The notes under the pieces: generated by a model
What the model was told of the DNA's origin: nothing
Database searches by the model: none
Seen by the model: the letters and a program-made list of their open reading frames with translations, nothing else
In this document: positions 51,108-63,491 of the stretch, piece by piece
Position numbering within the stretch: the stretch's first letter is position 1
Layout: every line of letters begins with the position of its first letter
Position numbers and translations under genes: made by a program
NCBI GenBank assembly: GCA_950097015.1
Contig: CATNEN010000002.1
Span: 5,394,001 to 5,458,000, forward strand
Direction of reading: 5' to 3'
DNA from: Macrostomum hystrix
Taxonomy: Eukaryota > Animalia > Platyhelminthes
DNA length: 64,000 nucleotides

Positions 51108-51134
51108 ATGCCCATCTCAGTGCCACCTCAATAA
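51108..51134 (+). CDS. sbb: Possible alternative terminal mini-exon of paralog 2 (MPISVPPQ*) after a 56-nt intron
   Basis: Phase-0 donor CAA|GTGATG at 51052 and acceptor CATTGTTTGCAG at 51107; the donor is only moderate. Confidence 0.35.
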   Translation: MPISVPPQ

Positions 51135-51779
51135 TTATAGAGCAGTTTTTATCATGCTTTATAAAATGGTTTTTAGTGAGTTGAATTTGTAATCTCCCAA
51201 ATTGTCATGCCCCCTTTCTCTTGCCGTGTGTCTTTGTGGAATTGAATTAGTTTCATATGTATTCATCCATCAGCTCCCTCAGTGTCTGGCTCTTTGCTCT
51301 CTATTCATTTCCTCTTCCCTTCGTGTCCGCTGCCCTCACAATCACTAAAGATGGGATTTTTTGACTTCAAACTCTCCCCTCTGTTTTTTTCCCATCGTTC
51401 TGGCTGTCTGCCTGCTCGATTGCGTAATATGACCAGGGCTTTATATTCTCTTTCTTTGTCTTGCTTTTCATTGCTGTACATAATACATTAAGGCTCCAAG
51501 ATATTTTGCTGGTTTGTGTTTCGCTATTTTTTGTTCACTGAAACTGCTTTCAAAACACCTGTACAAAAATCCTGTACAAACCGCCAACTAACTCTATAGC
51601 TATAGTCTTTGTTCAGCGAAGTCTTTGTCTTTGTCCTGTTTGTACTCCTGCTTCGAGTTGCGCATTATGCTGTTTATAAACAATTCACCGACAAAGCTGT
51701 GAATCAGTGCTTGAAACTGAACTGCGCCAATCCCTACGGAAAATATGATGACTATCTATGACGAATATAAATCAATATA

Positions 51780-51785
51780 AATAAA
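51780..51785 (+). terminator. Candidate polyadenylation signal AATAAA of paralog 2
   Basis: Canonical hexamer after an AT-rich ~700-nt putative 3' UTR; no transcript evidence. Confidence 0.3.
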
Positions 51786-52211
51786 TCAATTTGTTTGACA
51801 ATTTGCCTGTCTGACGCGCGCACCACACAGTCAAGTCACATTGTGAGCAAGTTCTGTCACAGAAAATCTATATTGCTATAGTTCTTTATTAATTATTTAA
51901 TTCAAGCGACTTTTCCTAGCTAAATTTTTTTCTGATAAAAATCTTTACTTTTGAGCTTGAAATTTGAGCTTGAGATTTAATTTGAAATTAATTCAAACTA
52001 CTACATACTAGATACCAAACTACGTGTAGAAAATCCCTTAGAAATGAAAATATAAAAAATCTCTAGATGTGAATCTAGAAAGTCAATCGATGGGAATCAA
52101 AACCTTCTCTAGATGTCAATCTAGACATCTAGAAAACTTCCAAATGCATGTTAGATGTGAGCTAAAAATCCTCAAAGGAAATCAGATTTTAGAAATAAAA
52201 ATCAACGATCA

Positions 52212-52660
52212 TAGATTCTAGGAATCAGAGATTCTAGGAATCAGAGATTCTAGGAATCAGAGATTCTAGGAATCAGAGATTCTAGGAATCAGAGATTCTA
52301 GGAATCAGAGATTCTAGGAATCAGAGATTCTAGGAATCAGAGATTCTAGGAATCAGAGATTCTAGGAATCAGAGATTCTAGGAATTAGAGATTCTAGGGA
52401 TCAGAGATTCTAGGAATCAGAGATTCTAGGAATCAGAGATTCTAGGAATCAGAGATTCTAGGAATCAGAGATTCTAGGAATCAGAGATTCTAGGAATCAG
52501 AGATTCTAGGAATCAGAGATTCTAGGAATCAGAGATTCTAGGAATCAGAGATTCTAGGAATCAGAGATTCTAGGAATCAGAGATTCTAGGAATCAGAGAT
52601 TCTAGGAATCAGAGATTCTAGGAATCAGAGATTCTAGGAATCAGAGATTCTAGGAATCGA
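52212..52660. repeat. Minisatellite, 16-bp AGATTCTAGGAATCAG (internally palindromic)
   Basis: About 28 near-identical copies; GATTC-TAG-GAATC inverted repeat in each unit. Confidence 0.96.
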
Positions 52661-53324
52661 AGATTAGCTAAGTTCCAAATCTACACTATTTCAGTTTGCA
52701 ACTGGCATTCATTTCCAATATTTCTCTAAATGGCAAATTTAGCCACTTCAAAGTTTATTCCTTATCAATTCCAGATTTCACATCTGCCTGGCGATCGTGG
52801 AGCAAGCTAGAATGGGATATTATTTGCTGACGTGATGGAGTGGGATCTGACTGTGGGTGGGAGTTCATTCTCATTCCCTACCCCCGGACTGGGGCTTGTT
52901 ACATGTTGTCGGGTGGGCGGTTGGTTTGGGAAGAAAACAGGGGGGATATTTTCGTGGGCTTGAGTGGACGCGGGGATTCCGGCCGTTTTTAGAAATTTGT
53001 TCAGCCCTCTGGCGGTTGTCTGACGGGGTGACGCAACATTTCTCATCTCACGGGGTGCAGTGGCCGTGGGGGGTCCGCCTCCGCTGTTCACACCCCATTC
53101 TTATGTGTCTGAATGAATCAGCTGACTTTGAAATAAATGACAATGCTGGAGGGAGAGAGTGAAATCGAACCGATGAGTGTTAAACAAAAAAAGCAGAAAA
53201 ACAAAGGGTTTCAGTTTTAGACCTCGATAATATCTGCTCCTTTCAATTCAAGTGTAAAAATGAACGATGCTATTCACTTGCTAGCGTTTGTCAAAACTTG
53301 CAACTGTAATTAAGATACTAAAGA

Positions 53325-54045
53325 GGATTTGGGAATCTTGAGGATTTATGGAAACTAGGGGATTTGGGGATCTGGGATCTAGAGGATTTGGGATCTTGAG
53401 GATTCGGGATCTAGGGGATTTGGGATCTAGGGGATTTGGGATCTAGGGGATTTGGGGATCTAGGAATTTGGTGATCTAGGGGATTTGAGCTTTTGGGCGA
53501 GTTAGGGATCTAGGGGATTTGGGGATCTAGGGGGTTTGGGATCTAGAGGATTTGGGATCTTGAGGATTCGGGGATCTAGGGGATTTGGGGATCTAGGGGA
53601 TTTGGGATCTATGGGGGTTGAAGCTTTTGGGCGATTTAGGGATCTAGGGGATTTAGGGATCTAGGGGATTTGGGAACCTAGGGGATTTGGGATCTATGGG
53701 GGTTGAAGCTTTTGGGCGATTTAGGGATCTAGGGGATTTAGGAATCTAGGGGATTTAGGGATCTAGGGGATTCGGGATCTAGGGATTTGGGGATCTAGGG
53801 GATTGGAGCTTTTGGGCGATTTAGAGATCTAGGGGATTTGGGGATCTAGGGGATTGGAGCTTTTGGGCGATTTAGGGATCTAGGGGATTTGGGGATCTAG
53901 GGGATTGGAGCTTTTGGGCGATTTAGGCGGTTTTGGGGATTTAGGGATCTAGGGGATTTGGGGACCTAGGGGGTTTGTGAATCTAGGGAATTTGGGAATC
54001 TGGGGGATTTGGGAACCTATGGGATTTGGGAATCTCGTGGATTTG
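53325..54045. repeat. G-rich minisatellite, ~16-17-bp GGGATCTAGGGGATTT(G) with periodic GAGCTTTTGGGCGA inserts
   Basis: Degenerate tandem copies. Confidence 0.92.
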
Positions 54046-54721
54046 GGCTTAATAAGTCCCTCAAGGGAGGGCGCCATTAGAAAATGAGAAGAAAACTTGG
54101 AAGATTTCATGTTATCGCCAGGAATACGACTATTATCATATTTGGAAATACCACTAAACTTGGACTGCTGCCAGTGCCATTGTTATTTTAGTCGGTTTCG
54201 TGGCTAGATCTCAACACGGAATGAAAAAACAGACAATTAATTCAGTCTGAATCACAAGGAACCCGCCATCGACACTAAATTGAACAAGACAAGAATCCCC
54301 ACAGATGGGAAAATTGATCGCTGGAGTTGAATAAAACCAGAGCTTCTTGGGGAACTAAGGGGAAAAACTTGAGGAATTTTTCCTAATGGTAAAGTGCCTC
54401 TGAATCGCCTCCATTTGTAGGATTTGTGGAACAGCTAGCCAGCCCAGTTCCCCAATTCTGATTGGGGAAATGAAGATTTGGGTCCGATTCCCATTTATTG
54501 AAGGCCTGCATGAATTGAGCCCTTATCGACCCGTATCTAGTTGCAGATGGGATTTTATTGTAAATTTGTGAGAGCCGCGCAGATAAGGAAATAAATTCAT
54601 AATTTTCCTCGTTCACTTCAGTTGAACTCAAGGCAAATGTTGAATATCAAAATCAATGGATTTAATGCAATGTCAAGTTTTTTAATCACTGAATTATAAC
54701 GATTCTGGACAGAGATTGGCA

Positions 54722-55368
54722 AAGAGTGACAGAGGGAGTGACAGTGGGAGAGGGACAAAGGGAGAGTGACAGAGGGAGTGACAGTAGGAGAGGGACATAG
54801 GGAGACTGACAAAGAGTGACAGAGGGAGTGACAGTGGGAGAGTGACAGAGGGAGAGTGACAGAGGGAGTGACAGAGGGAGAGTGACAGAGGGAGAGTGAC
54901 AGAGGAAGTGATAGTGGGAGATTGACAGTGGTAGAGTGACAGAGGGAGAGTGACAGAGGGAGTGACAGTGGGAGATTGACAGAGGGAGAGTGACAGAGGG
55001 AGTGACAGTGGGAGATTGACAGTGGTAGAGTGACAGAGGGAGAGTGACAGAGGGAGTGACAGTGCGAGATTGACAGTGGTAGAGTGACAGAGGGAGAGTG
55101 ACAGAGGGAGTGACAGTGCGAGATTGACAGTGGTAGAGTGACAGAGGGAGATTGACAGAGGGAGATTGACAGAGGGAGAGTGACAGAGGGAGTGACAGTG
55201 CGAGATTGACAGTGGTAGAGTGACAGAGGGAGAGTGATAGAGGGAGAGTGACAGTGGTAGAGTGACAGAGGGAGAGTGACAGAGGGAGATTGACAGAGGG
55301 AGAGTGACAGAGGGAGAGTGACAGAGGGAGAGTGACAGAGGGAGAGTGACAAAGGGAGAGTGACAGAG
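54722..55368. repeat. Minisatellite, ~14-bp GTGACAGAGGGAGA
   Basis: Degenerate tandem copies. Confidence 0.92.
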
Positions 55369-55987
55369 TGAGAATACAGAAATACAGAAATCCAATAAGC
55401 GAAGCGATGGCAGCCTTCCCATTCACTGAATTTGGAGCAGAAAGTGAAGGCAGGTCGCGACATCTCCACAGCCAGTGAGTCCGCGACACCAACTCTCCCA
55501 GAGTGTGATGGCTGGGGAAGGAATTGAGCTCCGGGCCTCCTCCTGTGAATTCTCGCGGGCCTACTCAGGCGAGAGTATCCTGCCTAGGGTTATGTAAGAA
55601 TGGGAGAAATGAGAATTTCTTGAGTTGCATGGGAGACGGGATGAGGGAGAGGGATTAAGCAGATCGCTTCCCCCCGCGGGGAAGCCCTAGACTAACCCGT
55701 TTAACTGGACTGCAAGCCAGACTAGCCTAATTAAAATCTGATTCGTTACATTTGCCGCTAACTGTTTAATAGCAATATTAACGAATACTCCATGAAGGTT
55801 TGAAGCCAAACCGATAGCTCTGAGGTTCTAGTAGCACTCCATTGTGAAATAACAAGTTTTGAGCAGTTCAGCGAGACACTATATATATTAGCTTCCCAGC
55901 TAAATCTTATGTAGAAGTTAAGTTGCGTCCATGCACTGGATTAGCTGTACACAGCCTTTGAATGCACCCTTCCTCTGTTACTGTCCG

Positions 55988-56360
55988 CTACCCTACTCTC
56001 CACTCTACCCTGCTCTCCATTCTAATCTACTCTCCACTTACCCTACTCTCCACTCTACCCTACTCTCCAATCTGCCCTACTCTCCCCTCTACCCTACTCT
56101 CCACTCTACCCTACTCTCCACTCTACCCTACTCTCCAATCCGCCCTACTCTCCCCTCTACCCTACTCTCCACTCTACCCTACTCTCCACTCTACCCTACT
56201 CTCCAATCTGCCCTACTCTCCCCTCTACCCTGCTCTCCACTCTGCCCTACTCTCCCCTCTACCCTACTCTCCACTCTACCCTACTCTCCATTCTAATCTA
56301 CTCTCCACTTACCCTCTCCACTCTACCCATCCATCCATTCTACCCTAATATCCACTCTAC
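55988..56360. repeat. Minisatellite, 17-bp ACCCTACTCTCCACTCT
   Basis: Direct tandem copies. Confidence 0.92.
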
Positions 56361-56927
56361 TCGACAATCTACTCTACCAACAATCCTCTGTTAATCTAGC
56401 AAAAAAAGCAAGATAGACCCCAGAAACTGCTAGAAGGAGTCCTCTGTTGATTCCTATTCTAAATCTAAATAATGAGGTGAAGCTTCAGCCGCCACTTATC
56501 CAGAGCTTGTCAAATATTTCCAGCTTCTAGTTACTAGAAGCAAGCCCATTGCTTGCCTCCACTTCAAACTGAGCCTTCCGGAGAATAAAACGGCCTCCCG
56601 CCTCTTTCCATACTAGAAGATTTTCCTAGAAATCTCCGATAACAATGTTCCCACAGGGAGGATTCTAGATCAAAATCAAACCATTAACATTATTCGGATC
56701 TGCGAGATAACGACAAAAGCCTTACGCATCCCCACCCCACAACAGGCAATTTTTGAAAGGCTTTGTGCAAACAAAACTATAATATTTGGGTCATATTATA
56801 ATGTGCTAATATTGCTTTATTGTGCATGCTAACTCACAATGCACTGGACACACTCGACAGATTCAACAGAAAAAATAATGAAAAAAAACATTGACTGGCA
56901 GAGTGACACTGGATGAGTGATTCCTCA

Positions 56928-57485
56928 TTGAATGAGGAATCGAATGAGGAATCGAATGAGGAATCGAATGAGGAATCGAATGAGGAATCGAATGAGGAAT
57001 CGAATGAGGAATCAAATGAGGAATCGAATGAGGAATCGAATGAGGAATCGAATGAGGAATCGAATGAGGAATCGAATGAGGAATCAAATGAGGAATCGAA
57101 TGAGGAACCGAATGAGGAATCGAATGAGGAATCGAATGAGGAATCGAATGAGGAATCGAATGAGGAATCGAATGAGGAATCGAATGAGGAACCGAATGAG
57201 GAATCGAATGAGGAACCGAATGAGGAATCGAATGAGGAATCGAATGAGGAATCGAATGAGGAACCGAATGAGGAATCGAATGAGGAATCGAATGAGGAAT
57301 CGAATGAGGAATCGAATGAGGAATCGAATGAGGAATCGAATGAGGAATCCAATGAGGAATCCAATGAGGAATCGAATGAGGAATCGAATGAGGAATCGAA
57401 TGAGGAATCGAATGAGGAATCGAATGAGAAATCGAATGAGGAATCGAATGAGGAATCGAATGAGGAATCGAATGAGGAATCGAAT
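56928..57485. repeat. Minisatellite, 12-bp GAATGAGGAATC
   Basis: About 46 near-identical copies. Confidence 0.96.
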
Positions 57486-58039
57486 AAGCTGTTGAACTAT
57501 AACTAGACCATAAACTATACGAGGATTTCACGGACCAAAGGAAAACTGCATGTAAAAAAGTAAAATTTTTAGATCTGCTTTACGAACAGTAAAGGTGGCT
57601 TAAAGCCGACAACATTCCTTCTTTTAAGCAAAACAAAAAAATGATCAGCTACATTTGCTGCTACATAAAGCTGAGTTAAATTTCTGATTTTAGCCTAGTT
57701 CTCAACCCCATGCAACAAGAATGCTCAATTGCCACACAGAAAGCATTGAATAGACATGTCTTCAACTGCTTCTCGTTAATACTCAAACCTCAAAGCGAGA
57801 CAATGCGAATTGAGACACGACTGCTCAAGCTAACTCACTCAACCTGTAACTGAAAAAAATTCAAAAATTCATTGCAATTTGAGCAACAGTGTTAAGCGAA
57901 ATCTAGCATTCTCTCATAAACCTATGGGATCGCAGTCGACTGTTCGACAATGATTAATGCGGCTTTGAACTCAGACCTCACCCACATAAATCCCTGCTGC
58001 GAAAAATCCCTTCTCTCCGCCTGCAACTACCATCTCTTC

Positions 58040-58675
58040 CCCTCTCCTTCTCATACTCTCCCTCTCCCTCTCCCTCTCGCTCTCCCTCTCCCTCTCACTC
58101 TCCCTCTCACTCTCCCTCTCGCTCTCCCTCTCGCTCTCCCTCTCACTCTCCCTCTCACTCTCCCTCTCACTCTCCCTCTCACTCTCCCTCTCACTCTCCC
58201 TCTCACTCTGCCTCTCACTCTGCCTCTCACTCTCACTCTCACTCTCCCTCTCAATCTCCTTCTCTCTCCCTCTTTCTCCCTCTCCCTCTGCCTCTCTCTC
58301 CCTCTTTCTCCCTCTCTCTCTCCCTCTCGCTCTCCCTCTCGCTGTCCCTCTCCCTCTCTCCTTATCACTCTCCTCTCCCTATCACTCTCGCTCTCCCTCT
58401 CCCTCTCCCTCTCGCTCTCCCTCTCACTCTCCCTCTCACTCTCCCTCTCACTCTGCCTCTCACTCTGCCTCTCACTCTCCCTCTCACTCTCCCTCTCAAT
58501 CTCCTTCTCTCTCCCTCTTTCTCCCTCTCCCTCTGCCTCTCTCTCCCTCTTTCTCCCTCTCCCTCTGCCTCTCTCTCCCTCTTTCTCCCCCTCTCTCTCC
58601 CTCTCTCCCTCTCTCTCCCTCTTTCTCCCTCTCTCTCTCCCTCTCTCCCTCTCTCTCTCTCCCTCTTTCTCTTTT
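58040..58675. repeat. CT-rich minisatellite, ~12-bp CTCTCCCTCTCA
   Basis: Degenerate tandem copies. Confidence 0.9.
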
Positions 58676-59364
58676 TTCGCTTTTTTCTGCCCTGACGAAG
58701 AATTTTTAATTCGAAATATCGGCAAAATTAATATTAAAGTCAGCTTTAACTCTTTACCGCGTATCTCTTCCCCTCTCTCCCTCCCTCTTTCTCCCTCTTT
58801 CGCCCTCTTCTCGCTCTCGATCTAATTTATCTAAATCGCTGCTAATCTATCTCGTTAATGCTTAGAAAAGCTTTACTAGATAAAGAATAAACTATAGCTT
58901 TTCAATCTTGTTGATAATTCACGAATTATGCGAACTGAGACGCAACAGTGACTGGGCCCTGTTGGTCGGTATTGTTACAGTATATAATTAGTGTTGCTAA
59001 GGCCATAGTTGCCACAATCCGGGCAAACGAATGTTGCGAGACAAGCTGAACCAATTCTGCCAAGCATGTCGAGTCCCTTGCGCAATATCCCCCTTTAATG
59101 TGTCCCTCGGTCAGTCAGTTCCGAGGCTGTGCGTCCCGTTTCACAGCAAGTTTAGTGAACATTGATTTAGTTTTGCATGCATTCATTTATTCCAGTTTGG
59201 AATAGTTTATGGTTGAAAATACCTCTGCGTCTAGAAATATTCCAGGAATTCGAAAATTATTTCGGAAATTATTTACATTCTTGCGAGCAACAGTTGGGCG
59301 AGTTTTGTCATAACAATTTGGACGGTTTGAGAGTCAATCAACCTCTAACTACACAGCTATCTCT

Positions 59365-59910
59365 TGCCCTCCATCTTACCCTCTTGCACTCCATCCTACC
59401 CTCTTGACCTCCATCCTACCCTCTTGACCTCCATCCTACCCTCTTGTCCTCTATCCTACCCTCTTGTCCTCTATCCTACCCTCTTGTCCTCTATCCTTCC
59501 CTCTGTCCTCTATCCTACCCTCTTGTTCTCTATCCTATCCTCTTGTCCTCTATCCTACCCTCTTACCCTCTATCCTACCCTCTTGCCCTCTATCCTACCC
59601 TCTTGCCCTCTATCCTACCCTCTTGTCCTCTATCCTACCCTCTTGCCCTCTATCCTACCCTCTTGTCCTCTATCCTTCCCTCTGTCCTCTATCCTACCCT
59701 CTTGTCCTCTATCCTACCCTCTTGCCCTCTATCCTACCCTCTTGTCCTCTATCCTACCCTCTTGCCCTCTATCCTACCCTCTTGTCCTCTATCCTTCCCT
59801 CTGTCCTCTATCCTACCCTCTTGTTCTCTATCCTACCCTCTTGCCCTCTATCCTACCCTCTTGTCCTCTATCCTACCCTCTTGTCCTCTATCCTACCCTC
59901 TTGCCCTCTA
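59365..59910. repeat. Minisatellite, 20-bp TCCTCTATCCTACCCTCTTG
   Basis: Direct tandem copies. Confidence 0.94.
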
Positions 59911-60354
59911 TCCCGCTCTATCAAAGCCTTCAGCCTGTAATTAAATTTATCGCACAGCAGTCGCTACACAAGCTGCAGTGCGAGCTGTGTCAGCTTCCCC
60001 CGCCTCATTTCATATCCTCATATCGTACAGGCCCTTTTCCCGGCTCACTGAAGCTGGAGCAGGGAGGGAATCGGGCTATTGATCTCTCGTGGCCTGCGTG
60101 TTGCCTTGGCTGTTCCGTCTTTGTGACACACACGGGAGGTCCCGCCCAATGTCTGCCTCACCGAGTCGCTAGAGTTGATCCAATTAATTATTCAACGTGA
60201 GCACTGAGCAGTGATCCTAAACTGTGAGCAGTCAGACACCGAACCCTTTTAAATACTCGGTCTCATCTCTATAGCCCCGCTCTCTCAATATCTCACCCGA
60301 TATCAATTTATCTCACCCTTTCTTTCTGGGTACCACACATTTATCTCTATCTGT

Positions 60355-60972
60355 GGTACCCCAGATGTCTCTCTGTCTCACCCTGATCTCTCTCTATCTC
60401 ACCCTGATGTCTCTCTATCTCACCCTGATGTCTCTCTATCTCACCCTGATGTCTCCCTATCTCACCCTGATGTCTCTCTATCTCACCCTGATGTCTCTCC
60501 ATCTCACCCAGATGTCTCCCTATCTCACCCAGATGTCTCTCCATCTCACCCTGATGTCTCCCTATCTCACCCAGATGTCTCTCCATCTCACCCAGATGTC
60601 TCTCTATCTCACCCAGATGTCTCTCCATCTGACCCTAATGTCTCTCTATCTCACCCAGATGTCTCTATCTCACCCAGATGTCTCTCCATCTCACCCTGAT
60701 GTCTCTCTATCTCACCCAGATGTCTCTCCATCTCACCCTGATGTCTCTCCATCTCACCCAGATGTCTCTCTATCTCACCCAGATGTCTCTCCATCTGACC
60801 CTAATGTCTCTCTATCTCACCCAGATGTCTCTCCATCTCACCCTGATGTCTCTCTATCTCACCCAGATGTCTCTCCATCTCACCCTGATGTCTCTCCATC
60901 TCAGCCTGATGTCTCCCTATCTCACCCTGATGTCTCCCTATCTCACCCTGATGTCTCCCTATCTCACCCAGA
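60355..60972. repeat. Minisatellite, 21-bp GATGTCTCTCYATCTCACCCW
   Basis: Direct tandem copies. Confidence 0.94.
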
Positions 60973-61367
60973 TCATCATGCAGTGCTAGTGCGCATACGA
61001 TCGTTAGTACAGATGCTTGTGCGGCAGTTTGTGCAGGTGGGCTAGCTAATGTAGGTACCCCAATTTTTATTCTGTTCTGCTGCCTATTAAGACTATTTCT
61101 GTTTCAAAATTACCAATACCCGCCAGGCCAGATGCCCCACCTAGCAGACAGAACAGATATTTTACCGTTCGCTTGATTTTAGAGATTGCTGGGTCGACCC
61201 TTAGTATATAGAGGTTTGCAGTCTTAAATTTAGGTGCCTAGTAACTGATATTATTGCTAAACGGGCTGTATTCAATACAAAATTAAGACATTATTTAACA
61301 CTATACTTTTCACTGGCCTTCTATTTGATTTCATTCTGAAAGACTTTTTCAGGTTTTTAGTGACTCA

Positions 61368-61650
61368 GGTGAGACAGAGGGAAGGACAGAGGGAAGGGAG
61401 GGAAGGACAGAGGGAAGGACATAGGGAAGGGAGAGAAGGACAGAGGGAAGGGAGGGAAGGACAGAGGGAAGGACATAGGGAAGGGAGGGAAGGACAGAGG
61501 GAAGGGAGGGAAGGACAGAGGGAAGGGAGGGAAGGACATAGGGAAGGGAGGGAAGGACAGAGGGAAGGGAGGGAAGGACAGAGGGAAGGGAGGGAAGGAC
61601 AGAGGGAAGGGAGGGAAGGACAGAGGGAAGGGAGGGAAGGACAGAGGAGG
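61368..61650. repeat. Minisatellite, 21-bp GGACAGAGGGAAGGGAGGGAA
   Basis: Direct tandem copies. Confidence 0.93.
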
Positions 61651-62139
61651 GACATTGTGTGCACCTTGAGAGGCTGAGGATGCATAAATCGCTTCCTATG
61701 TCGTGAAAATGCCGAAATTGTGAAGAACAAAAACTAGACAAAGCGTCAGAATTAGCGCAGACAATACCAGAACTTGAGGGTCTTAAGACGGAGAATGAGT
61801 AAAGACAGGAAGGCTTGTGTGAGAAGGCTTGAGCACAACTTTGAGCTAAACGAATGACTTCACGCTGAGACAAGAATGTTTGGACTGGGAGCTGTAGGCT
61901 GCATGACATTGTGGAGAGGAGATCAGGAGTGGGTCAACTCAAGAACTCGCTCAGTCGTGTCCCATAAAGCATTGTATGGACCGCCCGGTGCTCGGAAATA
62001 GATGAGGAAAGACCAACTGAAAGATTGACACCTGCTTTTGTGTGTCTGGTGGGCGCATGGAGACTGGAATACCTGTGAAAACATCGCGTCGAATGGGACA
62101 TTTGATGGCACTCTATTTTATTTACTGTGATTGTCTCAA

Positions 62140-62745
62140 GTTCTCTAACATTCCATTTCCCATCATTCTATTCCATTCCACATCATTATATTCTATTCCA
62201 CATCATTCTATTCCATTCCCCATCATTCTATTCCATTCCACATCATTCTATTCCATTCCCCATCTTTCTATTCCATTCCCCATCATTCTATTCCATTCCA
62301 CATCATTCTATTCCATTCCCCATCATTCAATTCCATTCCACATCATTCTATTCCATTCCACATCATTCTATTCCATTCCCCATCTTTCTATTCCATTCTC
62401 AATCATTCTATTCCATTCCCCATCTTTCTATTCCATTCCCCATCTTTCTATTCCATTCCACATCATTCTATTCCATTCCCCATCTTTCTATTCCATTCTC
62501 AATCATTCTATTCCATTCCACATCATTCTATTCCATTCCACATCATTCTATTCCATTCCCCATCTTTCTTTTCCATTCCACATCATTCTATTCCATTCCC
62601 CATCATTCTATTCCATTCCCCATCATTCTATTCCATTCCCCATCATTCTATTCCATTCCCCATCTTTCTATTCTTTTCTCAATCATTCTATTCCATTCTC
62701 AATCATTATATTCCATTCCCTATGATCCTATTCCATTCTATTCCA
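62140..62745. repeat. Minisatellite, 20-bp CATCATTCTATTCCATTCCM
   Basis: About 30 copies, no G on + strand. Confidence 0.95.
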
Positions 62746-63491
62746 TCCGCAGTGATTCCAGTATCACGCCAATCCCACAGGCAGTGGAATTAATTTGTCA
62801 TGCCCTGCCAGATGAATCTGGTAGGCACTAAGCACTGTCACAAAAAGCCTTTCATTTCAAAACGGAGCCATAAACAGGTTAATTCCGCTAATTATCATGC
62901 GTAGTTAGGCTTTCCGAAAATCGGCGCGGCTTGCTTGTATCGAAGGCGGTCTACCCTCGGGGTTGGGGTGGCTGGCTGGCTTTGTTCCGCTCCGTGACTC
63001 ATATTTTGCCGAACCATTGCAATATAGGATTTCCGTTCTAAGTGAAGCCCTGATTAGGGAGGCCATCTGCTTTAGGAAACTGACACTGGGCTTTTGCCGA
63101 TTGGCCAATTGGGCGACAACCAATTAGAATGCAGGTCTGTGAGAAAAAAGCTTTTCTTGGCAAACTCGTATTTTTTGTTAATCTGAAGAAACGCAGCTGC
63201 TATACTACTTACAATATGAGAGGGTCGATAAAATTCATTGATTGAATTATGCCATCTGTATAGTATAGGCTGTAAGTATGGGAGAAGTTATTTTATTACT
63301 TACATCTTGCGATCACTAACAACAGTAAAGGGTGGGGCTTTAGGCTATAGATGTGACACACAAGGGCATTGTGCAAAGGGGCCACTTGAAAGTAGAGCTT
63401 TGGGAGCAGCAATTCAGAAATAGGATATATTGGGAAATAAAACAACCGCTTTGTAGGAGAGATGAAAAATTGTGATGCCAGAGGAAGTGGG

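Noticed and set aside
54383-54631. 82-aa minus-strand ORF with protein-like composition (..YEFISLSARLSQIYNKIP..)
   Set aside because: It starts at a non-ATG codon, I found no convincing acceptor or partner exons, and I recognised no family. A BLASTP or tBLASTn hit would reopen it.
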